Origin: Eledone cirrhosa
Lineage: Eukaryota
DNA length: 64,000 nt
Direction: 5' to 3'
Assembly: GCA_964016885.1 (NCBI GenBank)
Contig: OZ024740.1
Span: 368,776,001 to 368,840,000, forward strand
Of the stretch, positions 42,193 to 55,032 are shown piece after piece (positions within the stretch are counted from its first letter, which is position 1; every line of letters starts with the position of its first letter). Both the position numbers and the translations under genes were made by a program. The notes beneath the pieces are model-generated. The model saw nothing but the letters and a program-made list of their open reading frames with translations, had not been told where the DNA came from and did no database searches.

Positions 42193-42506
42193 ATATATAT
42201 ATATATGGGAGGGGGTGGATTGCATTGTTCTTGATACAAATATGTAGGGAATCAGCATATGAAGGATTATATGTTTAAACTATGTAAGCTTAACTAAATA
42301 CAAAACAGCAATTGCGAAACCCACCTCCGTATGTCATTCTGCGAATTCCCTCCATCTAAGAATTGTATTCGTATTGCACTGGTACACATGAATGCAGTTG
42401 TGTTTAGTGTCCATCCGAGACGAAAAATGAAAAACACTATTATAAGAACAATATTTAAAAATATCAAGATTAAATGGATCATTGACTTAGAATCATAACG
42501 ATGAAT

Positions 42507-42730
42507 TATTTTCTGCTGAACATAATTAAATTCTTGTTCAAAAACTAATATTATTGTAACAGAATAATTCCATCATCTTTATTTTTTTTAATTACTTCTA
42601 ACTTCATATGATATAGACCAGCTGAACTATAATAACAGCTTAATTTTACTTAATTATCTAGAGAAAATATTCTAACCGAAAATATCGATTCCATTTGCAT
42701 CTTACTGCAAAGTATGCATCTCAGAAGGTT
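42507..42730 (+). repeat. Old dispersed repeat; second diverged copy at about 59618-59840
   Basis: aacataattaaat.cttgttcaaaaa.taatattattgtaacagaa shared, with colinear similarity beyond. Confidence 0.75.
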
Positions 42731-45700
42731 TTGTAATAGCAGAACACCTATTAGTAATTATAATCTGGTTTAATTACTCGGATAGAAAGGATTTATTTTG
42801 TAATTTTCTAGCAGATTTAAAATACAAGGTGAAAATGATGTTTGTTTTTGTTTATTTATTTCAGAACATGTAAGCTAGATACTCCTACGGTATTTTCTGC
42901 AATAGGTTCAATATTCGATAATAAAAAGCAGATAGGTAGGAGTAAAAGCTAAACACGCTTCAATTGGGCATTCTTTCCAACTCTTAACTATGAAAATCGA
43001 TCTTGGGTGCTGACCTAACAAATTCGATCACGAATATAAGCAACCGAAATGGGGTCCCTTCGATGGGTTTTTTGATTAAGATTACCCGATTGCGAAAAGT
43101 CAGGGAATCGCTGCATGTAGAACAGATACTTCTGCTAATTAAGATATCACTACACTAATATTATTGAAATTGATTTATAATGTCTCGCGAAAGGATCGCT
43201 GGCACAATCTAATAGTCAGGAATGGTGGGATAATATCCCCGGACCTGGCTGGTGTGGATTTTGTATCCAGCCGGATCAAATTCAGATGGCTGCATCTGAA
43301 AGGAACCGCTTGATGGCGAACTTGAGGATTCTGCTCCCATGACTCTCATAGGGATAAATAAGTTCGTCCTAATACTTCGTTTGTTCGTGCAGTTGATAGG
43401 TACTTCAAAATTCACATTTTCTTGTGTCAGAAAGTAGAGATGAATATAGTATAGTATTTACATTTTTAGAGCAGAAATGTGATTGAGAAGTACCTCATTG
43501 AAAGCTCATGAATGTGTATGCCATCAACTAAACTAGGTAGTCATCCAGATTTAAATACTGCACTCTTTCTTCCACATCAGACTAAATTCCCAAACTAATT
43601 TGATATAAGCCTTCCTCCAAGGAAACCTGCAATTTCAATTTTTCTCCGGGTGGCGTTTCATCACCAAGTATTAAAAAGAGCCTGCACACATCGTTTCCCT
43701 TAATGGTACCAAATAACAAGCGAAATTACAGAGTAACACGTCCCACCATTTAGCCTTAATAAAATGAATATAATTAATCACGCGATTAATCTCTCTACTC
43801 TCTTTCCCCTTGTGACATTTACACAACCTAAATGGATCGCCATCCAGTCGAACAAACCAACATATAATCTTGATCATCTGTTTCACTTGCACCGACTACA
43901 ATTTGTCATTTTTGCTTCCCAGGGGACAGACCCAGCTTCTACCACCCAACTGTTAAAGTAGCGACAGCTCCAGAAATAGTTCTTATCAGATGCATAGCAC
44001 GGATAGTATCTGATTTCCTGGATCTTTGAGCTACCACCCAACTCACTTAAATCGGGACGCAGAGGCCGACCTATATGAATGACACTCATTATTTCATTGA
44101 GGATTTCACTATATCTTGCATGCAATTATCCGAGGCAAGGCACTGACCACTCTCTCCGCTGAGATTATAGAAAAAACGAACACCCTCCATTTAATTGAAC
44201 ACACCATATACAAGTATAAAGGTGCCCTCCGGCGATAAATGGTAATATGATTTGCAACGCGAATGTTTCTTGCCATGGAACAAACCTGACCAAGTTCTTT
44301 TTTTAATTACATATATAACGGTGGACAGAAATGCTAATATTCGCAATATTGCAGACACTATCACTAACTACCTCCCATTCTTTGATTGTTAAATCACATT
44401 TTTTATGTTGCTGAAAGATGTGTATAGCATTAATATCGTTTCTTATATATCACCTAACTACAACTTTGTATCTAATTATTTCGTGAGGGATGACATCCGG
44501 TATTTTGCAGCAGTATCTTCTACGAAGACGATAAAACTATCATGATAAATGTTGCTTCATGCAACTTAGAATTTGTTACGTTGAAGCTATATGATTCTTA
44601 GGAAAAGCCTGAAGGTGAACATCTATCTTAAATAAGTATGCCCCAATTTGACATACTTATGTGAATTGGAAAATAAAAATTAAATGGTAAAAGGAATTGA
44701 ATATCTATCAGAAAGAAATATTGATTTATTTGGATTAAAATTTGTTCGCATAATTCTACATGCACAACGGGATTATGCATACACCCCGTTCCCCATATAT
44801 GCATACATAAATCCCAGGGATTATGTGAATTTATCGTTATGTTTTATTTGTACTTAATGAACGTACATACAAGCCTACATTTATAAATACATGCGCGAAC
44901 ACACACAGGTGTATATAAAGGGTTTTATCATATTTTTTCTTAAATACTCCTTCATTGATTGCAATAATCAATATTAATTACATGCGACGACCATTATTAG
45001 CTTCCCTGCAGGTTCAATATACAAACAAGCCCTATGCCCTCTATTCGTAATCAATTATCACATGATGCTATTAAAAAGAGCAGTGTGGCCATCGTACAAA
45101 CGTTAGAGAGAATATGATTAATTGATTATTTAAAACCGAATTAATTATTCAATTGTTAAAATTTCTGATTTATCTTTATTTTCATGCCTTCAGAATCATA
45201 TTGATAAACACAATTGTGCAGAATGGAGCAGTGCTTGATTCTGGCGAGTTATCTGGATTACACCAGCGCTTATAGGTGGTAAAGTAGTAAGATGATGTAC
45301 CTCTTAGTCTTCGCATGTTAATATCCACTAGTAGTGCAACATATTAAACCTCTGTTTGTAAACACAAAAACAAAGTCAATGCCGCACAGACCCAAATAAT
45401 CACGTCAAGTGCAGGGAACAATCAAAGTGATTTAATTCTATTTTTCGATGACCAACAAGAAAAGCATTAAATAGTGGGTACTATCACGAGCAAACTCGAC
45501 GTGCGTCCATATTAAATATGTGTATATATATATCTAAACACGTTGGTGCATTTTGGGTTACACACTCTGTATTTATATAGATATAACTATATTATACACT
45601 TCAAATACTAACATACTTCTTGATATATATCTTAATTAATTACCAACTAGAGCGGTAAGTATATGTAAATTAGTTTGTCCCTTTCAGAATATTGCTGAGA

Positions 45701-46668
45701 GCATATATTTGTAGTATTTGATTGGATGATATACACCCTTTCTGATGAGGGTCGAATAACACGCGAAACCAATTGCAGTTGTTTTTCATTTTTGTTCATT
45801 TTAATCTTGTCAAATATATAATTTTGAAATTTGGTTATATATTATATCATCATTTTCTACGTTTCCTTTTCTTAGCTCAATTTAATGATAATAATAAATT
45901 ATTATCTATTGAATACTGAAATCTGATAAACAAAATTGGAACGTCCTAAGCGCTGAGTAGTTAATGATTTCTTAGAGTGACGAGGGGGGTTAAACAATGT
46001 ATATTCTTGTTTACTGTTTTTATGACCTCGCCCCTTTTTTTATATTTCCATCCTATTACAATCTGAATATTCGGTTCAAAAATAAATGGGTTGAACTCCG
46101 CAAATTCACGTTTCCGTCCTATAATATTTCAAATTACATAACTATGAAAAAAAGGAATATTTCTATTATAGTGAAGACATCTTGTTCCTAGTTAAGATTA
46201 GCAATTATATTTAAGTTATGTATTATCTATTTTATGCAGTTTCATGTGGGTCGTGTATATAAATGTTATATTTTAAGAATGTTGCATTTTATCAATTACG
46301 TCTATAAATGCTTATTAGTGTAACGAAAACAGAAAATAATTTCTTCTCTGAAGCATAAGTAATATACTAATTAAAAGCAAAGATAATAATGAATCAGTTT
46401 GTCATATATGCAATGGTGTGGATGGAATACGAGATGGCTGTAATGTTTACGTCAGAATATTTAATTGGATACAGGAGTTGATAATTTAATAAGCTGATTA
46501 TGAATGAGAGATGCTGGTACTGTGTAATCTTGAATGCATTAATTTCAACTCTGCTTATAAATAATTGAATCGTGTTTTTCCAGGGACTATGTTTAATATG
46601 GATATTCGATAAGAGTATCTTGGACATTATATGAGCTTTTCAACCCATGAGCTTTTCAGCCGTCCCTC

Positions 46669-46702
<34 letters not shown>

Positions 46703-46708
<6 letters not shown>

Positions 46709-47740
46709 ATGTTTAGGATGCTCATGTTGCCAATGCTGTAAATAATATGCACATACACACTATTTTAATTTCAATTCAGCTTTGTAATTACTTATTTGTT
46801 AGTTTCTCAAGGTTCTTTCGTCTCTCATTCTTTGACCTCATCAATGTCTATTTATTTTACTCTGTATCTCCTCTTCTTTCTGGTTTTATTTTGAAACCTC
46901 CATCTTGTATTTTTATGTGGTATTTTTCCCTGTCAATGCATGCGTTTGTATCTGAGTTTGTGTGTGTGTGTCCTTGTGTTTGGCATGTGCATTTCTGTGT
47001 GTGTGTGTTCTTGTGTGCATGTGTGGGTTTGTATCTCTGATGATATCTTCATATTTCTCTTCCTTATGTGTCCTATTCTTTCGTCGGTTGCTAGTCTGTT
47101 GAGTGGGGATGTTGCTATTCCATTCATATTTTCTTTGTATTATAGGTTTGGTTTCCTTAATTTGTCTGAGTGTTGTATCGGCTTTATGTTCTGATATTTC
47201 TACTTATGTGTTACGTATTGATGCCCATTTTCTGCACCGTCCTTCCCCACACCATATTTTATATGCTGCGGATTTACTTTACATATTGTGCAGTTTCTAT
47301 CAGTACAAGGGCTTATCATAAAATGGTATGTTATACTGATCAAAGATTTTATGGGAGTTCCCGACTTTTCTACCACTTTATAGCTTTAGCTTCAGTCTAT
47401 CTAAATATCTTCTAAATAAATATTATAATTCGTCTTTAGTAGTGGCCTCGACAACTATGATGCTCTGATATTTTCGACCATTAGCTCACCCTCCCTATCC
47501 TCCTTAATGTTTTCTATATTATTCCATGAATTGTCAGTGGAGATTTCATTCTTAGATCTGAGCCAGATTTCTGTGTCTAACACCGACAGACTGTGGTTGG
47601 AGTGCTGAGTAGAGTAGACAACATTTGCCTTAATTCTTTGAGTGATGGCGTTAGCTATGTGCTAAGTGCTATGCATGGTGTTAGCTGCTAGTTTTAGTTT
47701 ATGCGTACTTTTTTGCCAGCACTTTTTTATATGTCATCAA
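46703..47740 (-). mobile_element. Decayed PLE of the same family as 5430-7607, with degenerate HHR (46806-46848)
   Basis: atgaatggaatagcaacatc and ttggcaacatga shared on the - strand; TTGATGA ggtca...gac GAAAG aa motif. Confidence 0.7.
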
Positions 47741-49101
47741 TATAGAGCGAGTACGAATTTAGGGAATGAAGCTCTCTGCTAAGCGTTCCTTGAGTCGCCT
47801 GTCCCAACTGCGAAAGCAACGTCAATGGACAGATCAATGGATATGACATTCATGCTTCCCACCATGTAACCTTTTAGATATCATGCAAGGGACAACAGGA
47901 TTTTGCTGCAGAGGTACCCTGTGCTGTGAAATACATCCAAACTCGACAAGCTAGTTAATAAGGAAGTGAAAATCAAATAACATGTTTGTTTTTAATGATA
48001 ATGTTGGCAAAAGGAACATCCACAAATATAACAGTTATGATTTGACATCAAGAAAAAAGCAAAACAAATACATATATATATAGTGATTACACATTTAATT
48101 GGGATCTAATCATATACAAATTCGAAAAGAAGGTATAATTCGCATAAAAATGAAGTCAAGCAAATTCACTTTAATGACTTACGAACATAATTATAATATA
48201 TTAATGACGCACTAAATCATGTTTTTCTTGTGTGTGGAGGGGGGGGGGTATTCTTTTATCATTTCCTGTTGATAGATCATGTTTATGCTGCAGCAACACC
48301 TTTAAATATATTGTTTTTAGATCGTATCAACAGCAGGACACAGTTTCAAGCCCATTTCCACAGGATACGTACACCAACTTAAGCACATTTACAGATATAG
48401 ACACTCATCCCCTCATAGATAAATAAATAAATACTGTATGGTAAGTAAATATCTTAATGTATTAACATTTATGGCGGATGTAATATGGTGATAGTGTTCG
48501 AATGTGTGTGTGTTGAGAAAATCAAAGTTAGTGTAGTCCTTTGCATTACATATGTTAAATTATATTTTAGTTAATGTTTATATTGAATGTTTTAAGTTAG
48601 TTAAAGCAATGGATTGTAAATTGATCTAATTGTATTCTTATTCATGGATTAGAGTTGTTCAACAGGTAGTTTTCCCAACGGTTTACTTTCCGGAAGTATT
48701 TAATTTAATTTCCGAAAATATTTAATTTAATTTCCATACAGTATTTATTTATCTATATATGCATAATACCTTTGCTTATTTCCTTCTCATATATATTACT
48801 AACGCATGTGCACATTCTACACGCTTGTATATGTACTGCTAATGTACTCATTCTTTCTCAAAGCTTCTTTCGCAATACCTCTTTAATTATTAGACTATCC
48901 TCTTGTATTATCTGTCGATTGTATTCCATTCTCTGCTTTTAATTTGAATTTGAATTTTTGTACAATTCTCGTATAATATATATCGCATCCATTACACCCT
49001 GTAAATAGGAAACTGTTGCTCACAACATCAATATATATATATGTATATATATGATTGTTCAGTTGAATAGGAGGTTAATTATATGTACACACATTGATAA
49101 T

Positions 49102-49145
49102 GCTGGGATGACCCCAAACGAAATTTGGAAGAAACGATTGTCAGC
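49102..49145 (+). ncRNA. Dead hammerhead (GGGAUGA core) of the 1413 family, marking a PLE 3' UTR remnant
   Basis: gct-GGGATGA-cc ccaaa cgaaa tttgg aa-GAAAC gatt GTC-agc. Confidence 0.7.
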
Positions 49146-49298
49146 TGTTAAATGATTTGAACACAACTTTGATAAATGTCTAATTTATTTTCCTGCTCTG
49201 TAAAACACCTGATGTTCTAAACATTGATTGAGCTATTTCTCTTACTGGTAATACGGTAACAGGACATTATTGGCCTTTCCTGTTTATAGTTGTTTATA

Positions 49299-49353
<55 letters not shown>

Positions 49354-49578
49354 TATGTATGTGTGTATACGTACGTACATATATGTATACAGACGTACAG
49401 TAGTATGTATATATACATATATACACATACATGCACACATATATATATATATGCACGTATCGGTTTACCGAACATTTATTTTAATGCTCGGTTTGTTTGT
49501 TTGTAAACAAACAAACAGCCCGAGCTGCATAGGGAAAGTATATACTTTCAGACGTTCAACCACGTGGCGGGAATATAT

Positions 49579-49621
49579 ACGATACTGACGATAGCTATTA
49601 AGCTTCAAACTAGTACATCGT
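49579..49621 (+). ncRNA. Type I hammerhead, G12C mutation, intact GUA site
   Basis: acgata-CTGACGA-t agct atta agct t-CAAAC ta GTA-catcgt. Confidence 0.75.
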
Positions 49622-49770
49622 TCCTGTGTCAGTGTTGAACAAATAGGGGACGTGGTTGCCTAAACACTGTACGGCGTAATTCGGGCTGTTTGTTTGTTTA
49701 CAAACAAACAAACTGAGCATTATAATAAATGTTCGGTAAACCGATACGTGCATATATATATGTGTGCATG

Positions 49771-49810
<40 letters not shown>

Positions 49811-50032
49811 CTACTGTACGTCTGTATACATATATGTATGTACGTATACACACATACATAATTACATTTAAGTAAGTTCCGTACTAAGAGTGAGAAATGA
49901 CATTTCGTTTCATTCTATTCCATTTATCGTTTTCGGTGCGCCCAGCCGACTGAACTCACTCGATAAGGCAAATTAGGCTGCTCAGCCGTTAATATGCATA
50001 AGGAAACGTTCAACCATCTGGCAGGAAGGTAT

Positions 50033-50075
50033 ACGATGCTGACGATAGCTAATAAGCTTGAAACGATTACATCGT
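50033..50075 (+). ncRNA. Type I hammerhead, intact core, stem III mismatch (UUA site)
   Basis: acgatg-CTGACGA-t agct aata agct t-GAAAC ga TTA-catcgt; 6-bp stem I. Confidence 0.8.
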
Positions 50076-50377
50076 CCCTGTGTCAGTGTTGAACAAAAAG
50101 GTGACGTGGTTGCCTAAACACTGTAAGCGTAATTCGGGCTGTTTGTTTGTTTACAAACAAACAAACCGAGCATTATAATAAATTTTCGGTAAACCGATAC
50201 GTGCATATATATATATATGTGTGCATGTATGTATATATTTATATACATACTACTGTACGTCTGTATGCATATATGTATGTACGTATACACACATACATAC
50301 TTACATTTAAGTAAGTGCCGTACTAAGAGTGAGAAATGAAATTTCGTTTCATTCTATTCTCTCTCTCTCTCTATCTA

Positions 50378-50415
<38 letters not shown>

Positions 50416-50550
50416 AGAAAGTGAGTTTTTTTTAACAAAATGAAAAATAACCGATGTGTCCTACACGAGTGAAAGTATAAAAAAAATAAGATGAAATCGA
50501 AAATGCAACTGGAGTCTTATTTTTAAACAAGTATATATATTTATTTGGTT

Positions 50551-50588
50551 CCTTTACCGGTTTCGCAGTTCTTCTGCTTTTCAAAAGT
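50551..50588 (-). ncRNA. Type I hammerhead, U3-A8 core variant (left arm)
   Basis: Reverse complement reads actt-TTGAAAA-gcag aagaa ctgc-GAAAC cg GTA-aagg. Confidence 0.75.
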
Positions 50589-53500
50589 AGAGTTGAGATG
50601 GAGGGTCTGTGGTTTTTCTCACATCTGGTTGGTCTCTGAATGTTACTTGTTTTATATGGGAAAAGTGGCTGGAAATGCTAGGTTTTTCGAGAAGTACTTT
50701 CATTATCAATAATTATAATAAATGTCGCGCCAGTTCGCGCTACAAAGTTCTTCAAACAAGGGGAGGGGTCACATGTTTTTTTTTTTTTATATATGAGTGT
50801 TTGAATTTCTTTTTACTTAAAAAAAAGGGGGCTCTCGAAGACTTTTTTAAATAAACGTAATTTGATTGGTTATAAATGAAATTATGGCTGTCACGTGAAC
50901 AAGTTTTCATTAAATTTTCGCGCCCTTATTTGGAAATTTATTCTGTAGCCTATTTAGAGAATTTTATGACAAGCAAAAGATAATGGTCAAGAGAAATGAG
51001 ATGGGAGAATTATTCTGGTTCAGTGAATATGGTTAGTTCCCTGGGGTGTCAGAATTCAGATTTTCTATTGAATAAAGAAAGTAAAGATATGTATGTTTAT
51101 TTATGTGCTTATGTGTGTGTGCGTGTGTGTGCGTGTGTGTCTTGTGTGTGTGTTTGAATTTCTTTTTACTTAAAAACAAGGGTCTCACGAAGGATTTTTT
51201 TAAATAAACGTAATTTGATTGGTTATAAATGAAATGATGGCTGTCACGTGAACACGTTTTCATTAAATTTTCGCGCCCTTATTTGGAAATCTATTCTGTA
51301 GCCTATTTAGAGAATGTTATGACAAGCAAAAGATAATGGTCAAGAGAAATGGGATGGGAGAATTGTTCTCGTTTAGTGAATATGGTTAGTTAACTGGGGT
51401 GTCAGAATTCAGATTTTCTATTGAATAAAGAAAGTAAAGATATGTATGTTTATTTGTGTGCTTGTGTGTGTGTGTGTGTATTGGAAGATGATTCTATTAG
51501 TAGAAATGGGGGAGGGAGTTGTGTGTGCATATGGGTGTTATGTGTGTGTGTGTGGGAGTATGTTAAGATAGAGAGAATATATATTTTGTGTGTGTGTATA
51601 TATGTGTGTAGGAAAGTGATTATATTAGTAGAAATGGGGGAGGGGAATTATGTGTGTGTGGGTGTGGGGTTTGTTATGTGTGTGTATGGGTGTTATGTGT
51701 GTGGGGGCATGGTTAGCATGTTAAGATGAAGAGAATATATATATATTGTGTGTGTATGTCTGTGTGTGTGAGTAGGAAAATGATTCCTTTAGTAGGAATA
51801 TTTTTGAATGAACATATATTCCTTACTTATTCGTATTTGTTCTGTTGTATTGTCAGTGCAAACGTATGTTAAGGTTTATTTAGTTCGGGTTTTTATTTTC
51901 TCAAGTAGAAGGTGTTATGTGTGTGTGTATGTATCTGTTTGGATGGTTAGCACGTTATGGTGTTGACATAATGTATATTAAACCATATTTAATGCTGGTC
52001 TATATTTTTGAATAAACATATTTTCCTTATTTATTCGTAGTTGTTATGTTGTATTGTTAGCGCAAAGGTAAAATGGGAAGTCTTGGAATTTGGGTGTCAT
52101 ATTACTTGCGCATATGTCTAGATGGTATCTGTCTCGTGGTTGGATCTCGTAATTGTTGGCGATGAACTGTCATTCTGTTTCTGAGTGTGAGTTTAGTTTG
52201 TCCTATATAATCTTCATTGCAACATAATATAATCTTCTTACAACACTATTCACAAGAACATCACACTACTAAAACAAAACCCAAGAATGTAAAAAGCCCT
52301 TGAAACACACAAAATAATCAAAAGCAAAAGACAACCGAAATCACTGAAAACATTACTCACCAATGCCAAATTACCTACCACAGACCCACAACCAAGTGTA
52401 AAAAAATGTGGTCGCTCTAATTGTGGAACCTGCACTCACCTCATTGAAGGCAACACGTATACATTTAAATCAGGACAACATTTTACTGTAAAAAATCACT
52501 TCACTTGCTCATTAAAAAGTCTACTTTATGCCATTAAATGTAAAGGATGCAATGAAGATTATATAGGACAAACTAAACTCACACTCAGAAACAGACATAT
52601 GCGCAAGTAATAAGACACCCACATTCCAAATCTTCCCAATTTACATTTGCGCTAACAATACAACAGAACAAATACGAATAAATAAGGAATATATGTTTAT
52701 TCAAAAATATAGACCAACATTAAATATGGCTTAATATACATTATGTCAGCACCATAACATGCTAACCATCCAAACAGACACATACACACACACATAACAC
52801 CTTCTACTTTAGAAAATAAAAACCCGAACTAAATAAACCTTAACATATGTTTGCACTGACAATACAACAGAACAAATACGAATAAGTAAGGAAAATATGT
52901 TCATTCAAAAATATTCCTACTAAAGTAATCATTTACCTACACACACACACACACACACAATATATATTCTCTTCATCTTAACATGCTAACCATACTCCCA
53001 GACACATAACACCCATACACACACATAACAAGCCCCACACCCACACACACAACTCCCCTCTCCCATTTCTACTAATAGAATCACTTTCCTACACACATAT
53101 ATACACACACAAAATATATATTCTCTCAATCTTAACATACTCCCACACACACATAACACCCATATAAACACACACACAACTCCCCCGCCCCATATCTTCT
53201 AATAGAATCATCTTCCAATACACATACACACGCACACACACACACATACACACAAAAGCACACAAATAAACATACATATCTTTACTTTCTTTATTCAATA
53301 GAAAATCTGAATTCTGACACCCCAGCGAACTAACCATATTCACTGAACGAGAAAAGTTCTCCCATCCCATTTCTCTTGACCTTTATCTTTTGCTTGTCAT
53401 AAAATTCTCTAGATAGGCTACAGAATAGATTTCCAAATAAGGCCGCGAAAGTTTAATGAAAACTTGTTCACGTGACAGCCATGATTTCATTTATAACCAA

Positions 53501-53783
53501 TAAATTTACGTTTATTAAAAAAAAGCCTTCGTGAGCCCCCTTTTTTTAAGTAAAAAGAAATTCAATCACTCATATGTGAAAAAAAAAACCTGAGACCCCC
53601 GCCCCCCCTGTTTGAAGAACTTTGTAACGCGAACTGGCGCGAACATTTATTATAATTATTGTCCAACCAATGAAATTACTTCTCGAAAACCCTGGCATTT
53701 CGAGCCACTTTTTCCATATAAAAGCAGTAACATTCAGAGACCAACCAGATGTGAGAAAAACCACAGACCCTCCATCTCAATCA

Positions 53784-53821
53784 CCTTTTGAAAAGCAGAA
53801 GAACTGCGAAACCGGTAAAGG
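53784..53821 (+). ncRNA. Type I hammerhead, U3-A8 core variant, all stems intact
   Basis: cctt-TTGAAAA-gcag aagaa ctgc-GAAAC cg GTA-aagg. Confidence 0.82.
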
Positions 53822-53892
53822 AACCAAATAAATATATATATATTTTTTAAAATAAGACTCCAGTTGCATTTTCGATTTTATCTTTTTTTCTT

Positions 53893-53959
<67 letters not shown>

Positions 53960-53998
53960 ACAGAGAGAGTGAGAGAGATACAAACATTCGCACAAACA

Positions 53999-54082
<84 letters not shown>

Positions 54083-54847
54083 TATATGTATATATATTTT
54101 AAACAAAGTTGCATACACTTAGCATGAGTGCACTACCATATGTTTCCAGGAACATTTATTGCCAGCATTGTATATTAGAGGAGCCTCTTCAAGTAAAAAA
54201 TAACAAAACGAAACGCTTTTAGCCAATTATAAATGGGTTTAAACAGTGGAGAATCTCATTCGGGAACAATGAAGCTAATTCCCCAGTATTTGATATCTAA
54301 GCTTGATTTTGCCTGCGTGTAAAATGCGTTTGGCTTGAATGATGTGATAATTATCTAAAAACATTTTCATCTTTGAATTAGAACTTCACCAAAGTAGATC
54401 GTAGAATGTATACTACTGTGTAATAAAGGGAGGCAATATTGGGGGGGGGGGGTATAAATGAAATCAGGCTTGGAAATATTTAAAGTATTTAAGCTTCCTC
54501 TAATTAGTTCTCAATTCCTGAAAATTGAATATGTAAAAACAGTTTATAAAATAGCTGATTTTATGTGTGATCATTAGGGTGCAATGTTATATTGTAACAC
54601 TGAACCCACTTTCAACAAAATATTATTTAGTCTGGGTGTGCTCTGTTTAAATTTGTTGTGTGTGGATAAGTACCAGAGAGGAAAAGAACCTTGGAGGATT
54701 TAGCAGGTCCGTTAAGAGGGTGTGTTGCGGAGATGGGCCTTTTGACGTAGACAATGTTTATATACTTATGTATATATATATACAACCTTTATCGAATGCT
54801 CTTTTTATTTTGGTCGTTGCATTTATTTACAACATAGATTTATAATT

Positions 54848-55032
54848 TGGCAATATCGTTAGAGCGTCGCACACAATGCTTCGCGACACAGAGTTACATA
54901 CTTTTACGTTCTGAGTTCAAATTCCGCCGATGTTAGCTTTGTCTTTCATCCTTACGGGTTCGATAGAATAATTTACCAGTCATGAACTAAATTGCTAACC
55001 TTGCGTCTAAATCAGAAACCATTATTATTATT
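54848..55032 (+). mobile_element. tRNA-derived SINE (octopus-type family)
   Basis: A box tggcaatatcgttag, B box gagttcaaattcc, core ctttcatccttacggg.tcgata, (ATT)n tail. Confidence 0.85.

Larger units (their letters stand above)
49353..50360 (+). mobile_element. Second non-coding HHR-bearing tandem/inverted element (retrozyme-like), unit about 440-454 bp
   Basis: Inverted piece 49353-49522, partial unit about 49552-49920, full unit 49921-50360; CTGACGA cores at 49585 and 50039. Confidence 0.75.
50414..53893 (+). mobile_element. 5'-truncated Neptune-like PLE (Cys linker plus GIY-YIG, about 52240-52610) with a long inverted arm (50414-52221 vs 52548-53893)
   Basis: KRQPKSLKTLLT...KKCGRSNCGTC...FTVKNHFTCSLKSLLYAIKCKGCNEDYIGQTKLTLRNR; left arm has an approximately 353-bp tandem duplication (50800/51153). 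Confidence 0.88.

Noticed and set aside
45742-45770. CTGATGAG...CGAAAC hammerhead-like motif
   Set aside because: Stem II is imperfect and no NUH site or stem I partner follows; at most a broken remnant
54848-54930. tRNA gene from A and B boxes
   Set aside because: No cloverleaf; continues into the SINE core and tail
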